Made by a program: the position numbers and the translations under genes. The notes beneath the pieces were generated by a model that saw only the letters and a program-made list of their open reading frames with translations, did not search any database and was not told where the DNA came from. A DNA stretch of 63,422 nucleotides, filler included, from Octopus bimaculoides (Eukaryota), in NCBI RefSeq assembly GCF_001194135.2. It is 3 parts of 3 records of this genome, joined end to end, with 100 filler letters (N's around TTAATTAATTAA, not from the genome) between each part and the next. Parts side by side here need not be neighbours in the genome. Positions count along the whole stretch, not along the records: positions 21,498 to 41,430 come from NC_068993.1; 2 more parts are not named here. One strand, given 5' to 3'. Each line of letters opens with the position of its first letter. The stretch's first letter is position 1. Positions 25,408-38,519 of the stretch are shown here, piece by piece.

Positions 25408-27720
25408 CTTTTCTTTATTAACCACTGAAAGTTTATATAAAAAACTGCAGATGACAGAGGAAAACACCACACAAAATTAGTGGGATTGAAGAGTGTAAAA
25501 ACAGAATTACAATAACAATTAAATCCACAAAAGAAGGAGACTTCCAAGGTTTGCCTGTGGAAAATGCACAAGAATCAGAATCGCCTCTCAGATAAGTGCC
25601 CTCTCTACTTCATCTATTCACGATCTAGAGACGCATGTTTAGAATAGGCCCGTTCACTCGGACCATTCGCCGTACTTTCACACATCATTGAACAAAACTG
25701 TGGAGAGGTAGCACATCCCTCTCTATACTCGCTTGCTTTTCGAGTGAAACTTGAAAAATTGATGAGGGTTTGGCCAAAGCGGTAAGTGTCTAACTTCAGC
25801 CCTTTCAATCTATTCCACCACACAACTTCTTTCGCAAAGGCAAGAAGAGAAAGAAACACTCCTTGCCATTCCAAACCAAAGTAAGGTGGCGGAGCGATCT
25901 TCACGATCGACTCGGCTTATTGCCGTATCCGTCCTACATCGACAACAGGTGTTCGACATAAAGTCACGTGTCAACAATGCTTGGGCATTAGAACATGTGA
26001 TACGCTCCGCCGCCGGTAGCACTGCCAAGAAGTTCTGGAAGCTATCCAGGAACCCCGGCCCGAAAATCCTCAGGAAGAGATGAAAGAACTCATGCCCATC
26101 GACGCCTAAAATCTCACCAAGAACGTAGTTGCACTTGCACGCCACTGACGCTCTACATAACTCCTGAATTTAACTTCTACGGACCACATTGCCCGACTAT
26201 CAGAGCACTTTGAGCGCCTGACGATACTCTAGATGCTAGGCGCTCTGCATCGATCTTTCGCTTAAACCAGGACTGCAGCTCAAACATAGATGAACTGTGG
26301 AAAATTGCGTCTGACAAATGTCGACCTTACCTGCTCACCGTCTGGGAAACAATGGAGATGTCGGATCTTCAGCACACATATGCCTATTAGCAGCCACAGC
26401 ATGCCCAACCCCCTATTTAGCGGGTATCGACAGCAAATGGAGAACTTGACCAGTGGACGATGATCTATCCACAGAAAGCGGGAGAGCACGCCATCTAGAT
26501 TGGTCAGACGTAAACTGGAGAAATGCACGACTGTCAGTGATATTATATGAGAGGCGATGTATGCATTCGCCACATCTTCCCAACATTTTAGGGATAGCTT
26601 TCTCTCGGCCCATTTCTGGTTGAGATTGACTTCTAAGCTAGTCAGCTCATTCAAGTTCTTCTCCACCTGGAGATCTGGGCCAAACCAGACTCCAAGCAAA
26701 TTAACCGGTCCCCTCGCCCAGCGTTTCATGATGTTATTGGACGACATGGACCTGCTGCTCCAGGTTCTGATCTGCAGGCTCACTGACATTTCTTGGATAA
26801 TTCTCTCTCGTGTCACCACCTCGTATTCTTTTAGAGCAGTGCCGATTATTCTATGAGCCTGCTATTCGATACTATGGCGGTGATATCGTCTGAGTATGCC
26901 GAAACGGTTCCCCCGCGTCCACGTTCGTGGGAAATGCCTCACAACACCTCCAGTTTCTGCAGAAAAGGCTCTAGAGCCAGTAAATGCCAATGAGAAGAGA
27001 AGGAACACTCTTAACGGACCGAAGGCACAATACTGAATGGTTCCAGTAGTTAACCATTCATCTGAACCACCGAGCAAGTGTCCACGGAAAACGAGACCGA
27101 AATCAGCGGCAGAATTGGTGGCCAACACTCTCGAAAGCTTTAGACTGATCCAAACTGATCAGGGCCCCACCCATGCCAGGTTTCCAGGCCACCTTGTCCA
27201 TGATGTATCGCATGAGATGGAGGTTGTATGGATGTATCTGCTTGAGATTGCGCATGTTTGCGAATTACCGATCGGTTCCTCGACGACAAACGCCAATTTT
27301 GAATTCTGCGTTCAGCAGCGTTATGGGCCTAGAACTTTCTATTTGATCCCCTTTCTTTGTGTCTTATTTAAGTAGTGCTACCGCTCCTCCACTCGCTGAA
27401 TTGAGAATTCTCTCCTTCTGCTACCAGCTGCGGTATATATCTGCTAAAGGCCGCCAAACATGTCTCGCATATAAAAGTAATGCTTATAGGGTAGACCATC
27501 CAACCCAGGCGATTTACACCCCGTGCAACTCGTCATCGCATTTCCTATTTCCGCGGCTGTTATTGGCTTTTTACAACATTCTACCTCACTTTCGGAATGC
27601 AGGGACATATCGTCGAGATAGGTACTGAAGTCCATTCTGCGCTCCAGACTGCTATCCCTCCCAAATTGTTAGGCATGTGCTATTGAAATGCCGCAATATC
27701 TGCTCGGACTCGAGTGCAGT
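25408..27720 (-). mobile_element. Decayed L1/Tx1-like LINE ORF2 plus 3' UTR
   Basis: KSPGLDGLP, VNLLGVWFGPDLQVEKN and downstream motifs homologous to 38520-41416; AATAAA on minus at 25414-25419 then an ATT-type tail. Confidence 0.85.
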
Positions 27721-28191
27721 ACGCCCAGTTTGGTTCACTAAAAGCCGAATTGGTGTGTCTGTTGAAAATTCCAAGAAAAACCGGTGTGGAGCTACAATAG
27801 ATAAATAGTTGCAACAAATTCCAACGACAAATTAGCGAAAAAAGTGTATATGACGTTGAATATTTTGAAGAGTATTTGGTGTCAGACAGGGAAAAAAGAC
27901 TGGAAGTTATATATTTGATTAAAAATATAAGCTATAATGACAGCGGTATTATTTATTTACGAGTCTAGGCAAGGAAATCAATTATGGTGGTAGATATCAT
28001 TAAGAAGTAATTAAGTATAATAAGATTAGAAAAGAAGTTGAAATAGTGTGTCACGTCTATAGATATCAAAATACAATTGCACGTCTGTGTATTATACATA
28101 ATATATGGTTGTATGTATGCCTCTATGTTTTTATGTATGTATGCACGTATTTATATGTGTGTGAGAGTTTGTGCAAGTGTGTATTATAAAC

Positions 28192-28478
28192 GGTGGAGGC
28201 GCAATGGCCCATTGGTTAGGGCAACGGATTCGCGGTCATAGGATCGCGGTTTCGATTCCCAGACCGGGCGTTGTGAGTGTTTATTGAGCGAAAACCCCTA
28301 AAGCCCCACGAGGCTCCGGCAGGGGATGGTGGCGAACCCTGCTGTACTCTTTCACCACAACTTTCTCTCACTCTTACTTCCTGTTTCTGTTGTGCCTGTA
28401 ATTCAAAGGGTCAGCCTTGTCACACTGTGTCACACTGAATATCCCCGAGAACTACGTTAAAGGTACACGTGTCTGTGG
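28192..28478 (+). mobile_element. tRNA-derived SINE (family C), cut by gap
   Basis: A box TGGCCCATTGGTTAGG, B box GGTTTCGATTCCC; 3' module ...GTCAGCCTTGTCAC...GAGAACTACGTTAA shared with 61634-61915. Confidence 0.8.
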
Positions 28479-29595
28479 NNNNNNNNNNNNNNNNNNNNNN
28501 NNNNNNNNNNNNNNNNNNNNNNNNNNNNNNNNNNNNNNNNNNNNNNNNNNNNNNNNNNNNNNNNNNNNNNNNNNNNNNNNNNNNNNNNNNNNNNNNNNNN
28601 NNNNNNNNNNNNNNNNNNNNNNNNNNNNNNNNNNNNNNNNNNNNNNNNNNNNNNNNNNNNNNNNNNNNNNNNNNNNNNNNNNNNNNNNNNNNNNNNNNNN
28701 NNNNNNNNNNNNNNNNNNNNNNNNNNNNNNNNNNNNNNNNNNNNNNNNNNNNATATATATATATATATATACATATACGTGGGTGGGTGTGCGTGTGTGT
28801 GTGCATTTGTGCATATATATGTATGTATTTATGTATGTATGCGAGTATCATATACCACAAGTATGATAATGATTTGCTTATTCAACAACCATACTTTGAA
28901 TAGTTAAACTTTAAGCGTAATATGTTTCATTTCGACCAACGATAATCGGATAATCTGAAATGTAAACGTGTCATGTGACAATATTCTGGGTGAATATTTG
29001 CTTGAAGTTCCTATCATATTTGGGCTAGCTTGTGCAGGAAACAAATTAGCTGTGTATACGTTCTAGTGAAAGTCTGTTTTGCATAGAAAATACTGTCACG
29101 AATTCTTGTCTAAAGATTTATATAAAGATTTGTTTTTCTGTATGGCGAACGAGTCTACTCTTCGTCGGGCTAGCATTCTGGCGTGTGGTAATCTACGTAA
29201 ATGTAAGAGTTAGAATTCTGTCTGATTGAGGTGTAAGTTTACGAAGGCTGAAACAGACAAATCTTCTGAGGAGTCAATGTTCTAGTTTGAAAATTAAATT
29301 GATACAGAATTTTGTTCTCGTTCTGATAACACTTTAGATTGAGGGATGGAATCCCCTTTATATCATTCCACGTTTTTAGTATAAAAGAGCTAAGGTTTTA
29401 CCGTAAATTCAGTTGATTGCAATCTCATGAACTTGTTCAACATTTTCATAAAATAAAGACTCTTGATTAATCGAGTTCCTGTTTCATTTTACCTCTAATT
29501 CTTCTGCAACTGAAAAAGATATTCCTTAAATTTAAGTCACGAATGAATTAGAAATATTTTCACACTTAAATATTTTCCTAATATTCTTATCTACT

Positions 29596-29796
29596 CTAGG
29601 CACAAGGCCCAACATTTTGCGGAGGGGGCAGTCGATTAGATCGACTCCAGTACATGACTGGTACTTAATTTATCGAACCCGAAAGGATGAAAGAAAAAGT
29701 CGACCTCGGCGAAATTTGAACTCGGAACGTAAAGACAGACGAAATACTTTAAACTTTACGCGCTGCGTGCCAACGTTTCTGCCAGCTCGCTGCTTA
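29596..29796 (-). mobile_element. Family-B SINE (first copy of local duplication)
   Basis: Reverse complement of family-B body. Confidence 0.85.
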
Positions 29797-30973
29797 TTGT
29801 ATAAAAATATTATGAAAACAGTGTAATCAAGAATCCACGCGAATGTAATACTTACTTTTATGAAGAATGGTTGTTAAAATAGATTTTACTTACCGCAGTG
29901 TAGTATGTCCTGATTTCGTGGGAATCATATACCAGAAACATTTATAGAAACACGTGATTTAGTCATAAGGATAGAAACACACTCTTGACTTTCCGAAAGC
30001 TATTTAGATGTGATTATCTTGTGTATCGTATTAGTAATGTTTAAATTTAAATATTTAGACATTAACTACATTAGCCAATCGTGTCTCTGTGACCACGATA
30101 AAAGAAGCGGATATGTCACTTCAGTCAACCGCACTTATTAAATGATACTTATATGATCAACACTGAAATTATGAAATTAAAACGTCCCACTTGCAGTAAT
30201 AGTATTCATAATGGACTGATAACTAAATACACTTAGGCATTTTGTTAGCTTCACGACCGACGCATAATCGATCAAACTCATAATTAAAATAAATTTGGCA
30301 CAGAGCTACAAATTTGGGTTAAGAATATAATCGATTAAATCGATCCAAGTAATTGATTTGTGATTCTCTGGGAGGATGTATAGAAACAAACTCCGGCCGG
30401 CTGGATTTGAACTCAAGATATAACGGAATGCACTGAAAGACATCACTGTATTTGTACTAGTTCTGTAAGCCAGCAACCTCTTCCATTTAAACTTAAGAAT
30501 TCAAAACATAAACATCAATAAATAGTCGCAACAACAACAAATAACCAGAAGATTAAAATTAGAAGAGTAAGATGAAGAGTGTAATAAAGTAATTAGCCAG
30601 AATCATTTCATTGAAATATGTCATGATATTCTATACGAGACGAAAGGCTATTACTTGTATTCGCTGATAATGCATTTTGCCTTTTTAAAAATGGTTGAAC
30701 ATTTGCTGGTTAAAATTTGAAACAATGGAATTAATTAAATAGCTGCCAACGCCATATTACAGTTTTACTTCTTTTCTTTAAATTTATTGCTTTTTTTTAT
30801 GAAATATATTGACAATAATATTGGTAATATAATAAATGGTTGCGAAAGGTCAATTTGAAACGGAGGACAATATAGCGTCATTGGTTGTTTTTATTTATTA
30901 ATTAATTTATTCATTCATTCCGTTGAATAAACCGTTTAAAGCAGACGATAAGCAAAGACTGCTTCATACTCTA

Positions 30974-31185
30974 CAGGGTGTCCACAAAGTCTGGCTACAT
31001 GGAGTAAATAAAATCATAACATAAACAATTAAGTATAAGAAATAATAATTTCTTAAAGTATGTGTTAATCCCCATGTGGGTACATGGAGTAAATAAAATC
31101 ATAACATAAACAATTAAATATCAAAAATAACAATTTCTTAAAGTATGTGTTAATCCGCATGTACCCAGAATTTGTGGACACTCTG
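30974..31185. mobile_element. Tc1/mariner-type MITE with TA target duplication and internal 85-bp direct duplication
   Basis: TA|CAGGGTGTCCACAAAGTCTGG...CCAGAATTTGTGGACACTCTG|TA; internal units 30993-31077 and 31078-31162. Confidence 0.85.
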
Positions 31186-31259
31186 TAGTTTTCATCCTTT
31201 AGATATACACAGACGTTTATAAATAGAGGCATAGTCTCACACATATGCATATAAACGTG

Positions 31260-32150
<891 letters not shown>

Positions 32151-33239
32151 TATTATTAATATGCTAACTTTTGTTATTTTACGTACGTACCTGAGCGGAC
32201 TGCAGCAAGGTGAGGTAAAGTACCTTGCTCAAGAACACAGCGCGCCACAGTGAATCGTACTCATGACCTTACGATCATGGGCCATATATCCCTCACCACT
32301 GAGCCACGCACCTTCACACACTTAACCGTAGAGGAAAGGAGTGAAGAGATAGAGACAGGGAAAGGAAAGCCTCAGTCATCTAAAATGAAAATGAGACTGA
32401 AATACGATCGATCTTTTCTAGCTTCTTTACTTTTAACAATGAAGAAGAGATTTAGTAATGAATAGAGGAAAAGTCTTTCAGGTGTTCAGGTTTTCATTCT
32501 GGGAGTTCTAGAAGGATCGAGTGTTAGTTCTCTCTCCCCCACCCCAACCCCTGGTACTTATTTGCCTTGTGTGATAGTTCTTAATATCTTTTAGTTGGGG
32601 AGAAAGACCATGTTGGTGGGTGGAGCCCAGGAATATCTTGACCAGTGTTGTGTGGTGGTTGTTGTCCAGTAAGGGGAAATATTTGGCCTCCCCAAAACAG
32701 AAAAACGCTTGGTTGGTGCTTTAGAACACATATCCTTATACAAGATGGTGACATTACCGGCCAGCGTAAAAACAATCAAAAAGTAAAGTCTTCTTCCTAC
32801 TTACACTCTTACAGATGAAGACTTTCTCCAACACCATCTCATTCTCCACTGAGGAATGTGTGTAAGACGATCAGCGATGGTGGTGGAAGAGGCAACGCTA
32901 ACAATAACCCGAGGGAGGAGACGACGGAGATGGTTACATTACAAAGTTAATTCGCGTACCAGCTGGTGAGGGTGACAATGGCAGCAGCCGCAGCAGCAAC
33001 AACAATGTTCGCAATGAAGGGTAAACCATAGCAGAAGTTGCAGCGACAACAGTAACGGTAGAATTGCCAGTGGAAGCATTGACGTTAATAATAAGAGCAA
33101 AATCGAAGGATACGGCAGTGGTAGCAATAGTAAGAGCAGTGGAAGCAGTTACAACTCCCCACCGCACCGCGCCCCAACAGCAAAACTAGCCGCCCGAAAG
33201 AACGTTTTGTTCTCTCACCTGAGAATAAAACCTTTAAGC

Positions 33240-34356
33240 CGTTTACTCTTCAGCTTTCTGTAGAAGGGATACATTCCACTGGTCAAACACTACATTTTCT
33301 CTGAATACTCGCTGGAGGGAAAGCTGGGCATACCATGGTTATTGATGTGCAGACATAATCTGAGGTTGTGACATCTCTAGCGCTTCCTTGACGGTGAGCA
33401 GATGTGGTCACCGATTGTCAGACACAGTTTTTCACAGCTCGTCTCTTTGAATGAGCTGGTGTTCGGGATCAAGCGTAGACCAAGGCAGGGTGACTGACAA
33501 CTACAGTGTCGTCTGGCGCTCACAGTTCTCTGATAATCCAGCGATGCCGTCGGTCGAAGTTCCACTCTAGGATTCTATAAATGATTAGTTGCGGGGCAGT
33601 GGGACAATGTAGTCGCAGACAGTCTGGGCATTGCCAAGAATCAAGTGACTGGTCCATTCCTGTGGACATTCGGACCGGAGCCTATTGATAATTTCCAGAA
33701 ATCCTTAGCCTGGCAGTACTACCAGGGGAGGGGGAATTGCTGGTTCGGGAGAAACTCTGCAGGCATGGAAGAGCCATCAACCAGGTTTGACCGAGGTGAG
33801 GGTAGACCAAGGAAACAGTTCTGCACACTCTCGACCAGTGCTCGAGCATAGCTGACTTGTGGGTCTATGTCGAATACTTGCTGTCACTTGTATTACGGAT
33901 CCAGCTATCGGCTGAATCTGTTGTGAAGATCGTCCCGCCGCCATTCTTTAACCAGTGTTTCTCTGCTAGGTGGTTGTGTAGTAGACCAGATTGAAAGGGC
34001 TGAAGACAGGCACTTTCCTCTTTGGCGAAGCCCACATCAGCCTTTTCAAGTGTTACTTGAAAAGGAAAGTGGAAGTAGAGAGGGCAGTGCTGCCTCCAAG
34101 TAATGTAGTTAAGAGGTGATTGGATGTTGTAAGTATAATCCGAGTGAATGGGCCTACACTAGGCATCTACCTGCAAGGTGAAGGGGGCTTTTCCCTAAAG
34201 GTCAGGGGAACTGAGATTCTCTGGGGTCTCCACTAGAAGCCGTAAGAAGTTTTTGTTTTACTTTTTACATGCATTTTATGTAACCGCATATTGTATTGTC
34301 CTGTACTGTCCCTGATGTCTTTTGCAGACACGTAATAAAGAAATTATCATTATTAT
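33240..34356 (+). mobile_element. L1/Tx1-like LINE 3' fragment (ORF2 C-terminus plus 3' UTR)
   Basis: Homologous to the reverse complement of 25590-26350 (e.g. AGATTGAAAGGGCTGAAG, CCGAGTGAATGGGCCTA); AATAAA at 34334 then ATTATCATTATTATT tail. Confidence 0.75.
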
Positions 34357-34900
34357 TGTGTGATACAGCAGCGCATGCCACAAAAGTGACACTGGAGTGC
34401 AAATTCACGAAGCCCAGGATACCATCATGACAACCTGCCTGATAAGGCTACACCGGGCACATGCATCACAACCATGTGTGCGCAAAATGGTGATCTCATA
34501 TCAAGATAAACACTGCATGAACTTGCAGATGGGGCTCAGTTAGAATTTTCTTCAGGTCGAGTAGCCATTCCTGTTCAAAATGGCTTTGAATAAGGTTTGT
34601 TTAAGGAACAAAACACCCATGTTTCCAAAGGTGAATTATCCAAATCCTAAGGTATTCCTCTTAACACATGGCCATGATGCTTTCCCACTACTTCTGCTCG
34701 TGATCAGCGATGTACATATCGTCAGCCACCAAAGGACATGCTCAATTGCTTAAGGTCAAACAAGTAACTAGGAACTCTGTGGTATTGAACAGAATATTTG
34801 CTGTAGCCCATCTTTTATGCCAAGACAAAACATGTACATGATAACACTTCCAATCGGTTATGAGCAGACAGCATGAGAGCCAATGCCTTATATACTGGAT
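34357..34900 (-). mobile_element. Element E copy
   Basis: Reverse complement of 2712-3267; 5' end degraded. Confidence 0.8.
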
Positions 34901-35168
34901 AATTGTTATATAGAGTGTCTTGTGTTCGTGGGTTCTTTTGTTTAGGTTGTATTATTGAATTGATAGTGTCTTGCATAGGATGTCGGCTGTTCTTAGTAGG
35001 GCTATTTTTTTCGATAGTATGTAATGCTGAGGATCCAGGTGTCGCTTCTACGTTTTTGTTCATATGTTAAGTATCCAGGTATAGCTATTGGGGATCCAAT
35101 TATAGCTTTTAAGAAACCCGTATATCTTTTGAAGATTCAGATCCTCCTCCTCCTCCTCCTCCTCCTCC

Positions 35169-35205
<37 letters not shown>

Positions 35206-35221
35206 TATTGTTATTATTGAT

Positions 35222-35668
35222 TAAGGCGGCGAGCTAGCAGAAATGCCAGGCGAAATGCTTAACGGTATTTCATCTGCCTTTACGTTCTGAGTTCAAATTC
35301 CGCCGAGGTCAAGTTTGCCATTCATCCTTTCGGGGTCGATAAATTAAGTACTAGTTGCGTACAACGGTTGATCTCATCGACTGGCCCCCGATATTCCAAA
35401 ATTTCGTGTCTTGTGCCTAGGGTAGAAAGGAATATTTTTATAGAATAAGGCGGCGACCTGGCAGAAATGTTAGCACGCAGGGCGAAATGCTTAGCGATAT
35501 TTCATCTGTCCTTACGTTCTGAATTCAAATTACGCCGCGGTCGACTTTTCATTTCGTCCTGTCGAGGTTGATAAATAAAGTAACAGTTGCGTACTGGGGT
35601 CGATCTAATCGACTGGCCGCCTATCCAAAAGTTTCAGGCCTTGTGCCTAGAGTAGAAAAAATTATTAT
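35222..35668 (+). mobile_element. Two tandem family-B SINEs
   Basis: AAGGCGGCGAGCT/ACCT heads, GGTCGAC bodies, ...GTAGAAA(ATT)n tails. Confidence 0.85.
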
Positions 35669-35674
35669 TATTAT

Positions 35675-36211
35675 TGACTGAGAGAACAGTGCATGCCATC
35701 AAAGTGACACTGGTGTAAAATACACGACGCCCTTTATACACATCATGATTACCCGTCTGATATTGGTACACCAGGAACATGCACCACTTCTTAATCTCAT
35801 ATGAAGATAAACAGCACATGACTTTGCAGGTGGGACCCAGTTAGGATTTTCTTTAGGTCGAGTAGCCCTTCGCGCTCGAAAGGTCCGTCAATAAGAGTTG
35901 TTTAAGGATGATGAACAAAACACTCATGTTTCCAAATGCGAATTATCCAAACTCCAAAGAATTTCTCTCAAAGTATGGTTATAATTCTCCCCCACTACTT
36001 TTAATCGTGATTGAAGATGCGCATATCGTCAGCCACTAGGAGATATGTTCAGATGGTTAAGGTCAAGCAACTGACAAGCAAATCTGTGGTATTGAGCAGA
36101 ATATTTGCTGTAGCCCATCTTTTATACCAAAACAAAACAATGTACATGATAACACTTCCAATCAGTTAAGATCAGAAGCCATGACAGCCACTTGCTGGTA
36201 TGCATCATGGC

Positions 36212-36213
<2 letters not shown>
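35675..36213 (-). mobile_element. Element E copy, full length, (TTA)n on both sides
   Basis: Reverse complement of 2712-3267. Confidence 0.85.
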
Positions 36214-36300
<87 letters not shown>

Positions 36301-36302
<2 letters not shown>

Positions 36303-37283
36303 TATGGTTTCCTTTCATTATAACTTTATTTCAGCTGCCTTAGTACCTGGCATCTTCCAAAGGTCAAGAGTAGCAAGGGTACTTTTGTTTTGCTATGCAT
36401 GCTAAACTTATCCCTACATTTATTCCATTGTAGATGGAGAGTGTTTTCCGTAGTATATGGACTCTACCCATCAAGGTTATCTATTGTAGTTCAAGGAGAT
36501 TAGAGGTATCAGGGAGTTGCTTAATATACTTCTCAGTACCCATCTTTATCATTCCCAATGCAACAATTACTACTAGTATTATGGTAGTACTAAGCTTCCA
36601 TATCTTTGTGATTTCAGTTTGCAGATGTTTATAGTGAGAAAGCTTTTCGTATTCCTTTCTTGCGACATTTTGTTGTTGTTGTTGTTGGATAGGCATATCC
36701 ATTAATGGACAAGTTCTTCTCTTGTACTCCTCGATCACAATGTCTGATTGATTCGAGTCAATGTTTCTGTCTGTTTGTATTGGGAATTTCTAATGTATGG
36801 TGACGCCCTTACCATTTACTACATCTTCTGGATGGTGCCTGTACCACTTATCACGGGATTTAATTTTGTAGTATTTACATGCATCCCAGTGGATGTACCG
36901 CTCTAGTCTGTCATGTCTTATGAGGTACTCCTTGTCAGTGAGGACTGGGCAGCCACAAACAACATGATCAATTGTCTGTGAATTTTCCGCAAATTCTGCA
37001 CGATGGGTCAGATCCATCTTTAAGAACATTTGCATGGTAGTATCTGGTAGGTAGGCTCTGATCTTGCGCTGCAATAACAAAACCTTCTGTTTTTTTCTTT
37101 TACACCTGTCCCTTGTAGCCATTGGTGTGTTAGATTTTGATCAATACCTGACATGGTCATGTGGTTATTTTCCATGCAGTAGTTTACCTTCTCAGTTCTC
37201 TCGATCTTATTCATGCAAGCCTTCTTTGCTTTTGTTTAATGTTTTTGCATCAATGACAGGTTTATCACTATTTGGACATCTTT
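36301..37283 (-). mobile_element. Decayed R4/Dong-like retrotransposon 3' part (divergent family B)
   Basis: EGFVIAAQDQSLPT, CRICG...TIDHVVCGC knuckle, RHDRLERYIHW, EYEKLSHYKHLQTEITKIW, ILRKTLSI*; distinct 3' UTR; (TAA)n tail at 36214-36300. Confidence 0.8.
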
Positions 37284-37518
37284 GGAGCCACTGCCTGGTA
37301 CTGCATCAGGGCATTGATAACATTGCCAATCAGTAATGATGAGAAGCCATGAGATCCACTGCCTGGTTCTGCACCAGTGCATTGATAAGATTTCCAGTCA
37401 ATTAAGATGAGAAGCCATAAGAGCCACTGAATGGTACTGCATCAAGCCATAGATAATACTTCCAGTCAGTTAAGATGAAAAAACATGAGACCAACTGCCT
37501 GGTACTGGATCAGGGCAT
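37284..37518 (-). repeat. Three 68-nt units plus one 31-nt partial unit of the element-E 5' end
   Basis: Units 37451-37518, 37383-37450, 37315-37382 and partial 37284-37314; each is a reverse-complement variant of 2712-2779. Confidence 0.9.
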
Positions 37519-37555
37519 AATAATAATAATAATAACAATAATGATAATAAAACTA

Positions 37556-37681
<126 letters not shown>

Positions 37682-37684
37682 GAC

Positions 37685-38495
37685 ACTGATATCTTTATCT
37701 AACATGCTAAATATAAATGGATGCGGATACAAATATTACGGCAAAACAATCAGGCACCTCTTATATAATGATGACCTAAAACTATACGCTACAAATGATA
37801 AACAGCTGGAAATACTACTACAGACAGTACATGAATTTACCAAAGAAAGAAATATGAAATTTGGCTTAGAGAAATGTGCCAAAGCAACCTTGAAAAAAGG
37901 AAAACTAGTTAAGAATAGCAACATCACATTCGATAAAGCCAATGAAATAATAAAATTAGACAGATATACAAGTATTCAGGAATCAATGAACTAGATACGA
38001 AAGAACGTACACAAATGAAAGAGAAAATAGCGAAAGAATGCTATAGACAATTGAAAGAGAAAATTAAAAGAAGAATACTATACACGAGTTTGATTAATAC
38101 TAAAAACAGGGCTCAATGCTAAAAACAAGATAATAGATATCAACACTTTAGCCGTTCCAGTTATAAGTTACAGCTACAATATACTTAAATGGACACTAAA
38201 TGAACTAACCAAAATAGACAGGAAAACAAGAAGGATCTATGATGCACCAGCCAAAATCTGACATAGAAAAGTTATATATAGAACCCATAGAAGGTGGTAG
38301 AGGCCTTATGCAGCTGGAAAACTATTATAAAATAACCACCAGAGGACTGCAAAATTACCTACTTCAGAAGCAAGCAAACTAATACAAATAGCCACAAAAC
38401 GCGAGCAAAACAAAAAACTGTTTTCGGTATTTAAGGAAGCTGACAAATACAAAAAGAAGTCATACTACCTAACAAATATGAAGAAAAAAAAAGAG
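37685..38495 (+). mobile_element. Second family-A Dong-like fragment, doubly truncated
   Basis: Closely matches ~23580-24340 (LYNDDLKLY, FGLEKCAK); preceded by (AAT)n 37519-37680; ends where the other copy has a (GAA)n run. Confidence 0.85.
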
Positions 38496-38519
38496 ACCAG
38501 GAGCGCAGACACACGATCA

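Noticed and set aside
28192-28265. tRNA gene
   Set aside because: A and B boxes are present, but it continues into a SINE body shared with another copy and has no T-run terminator or clear acceptor stem.
32700-33230. Possible ORF1 of the Tx1-like element
   Set aside because: GC-rich and adjacent to the 3' fragment, but I could not identify a diagnostic motif.
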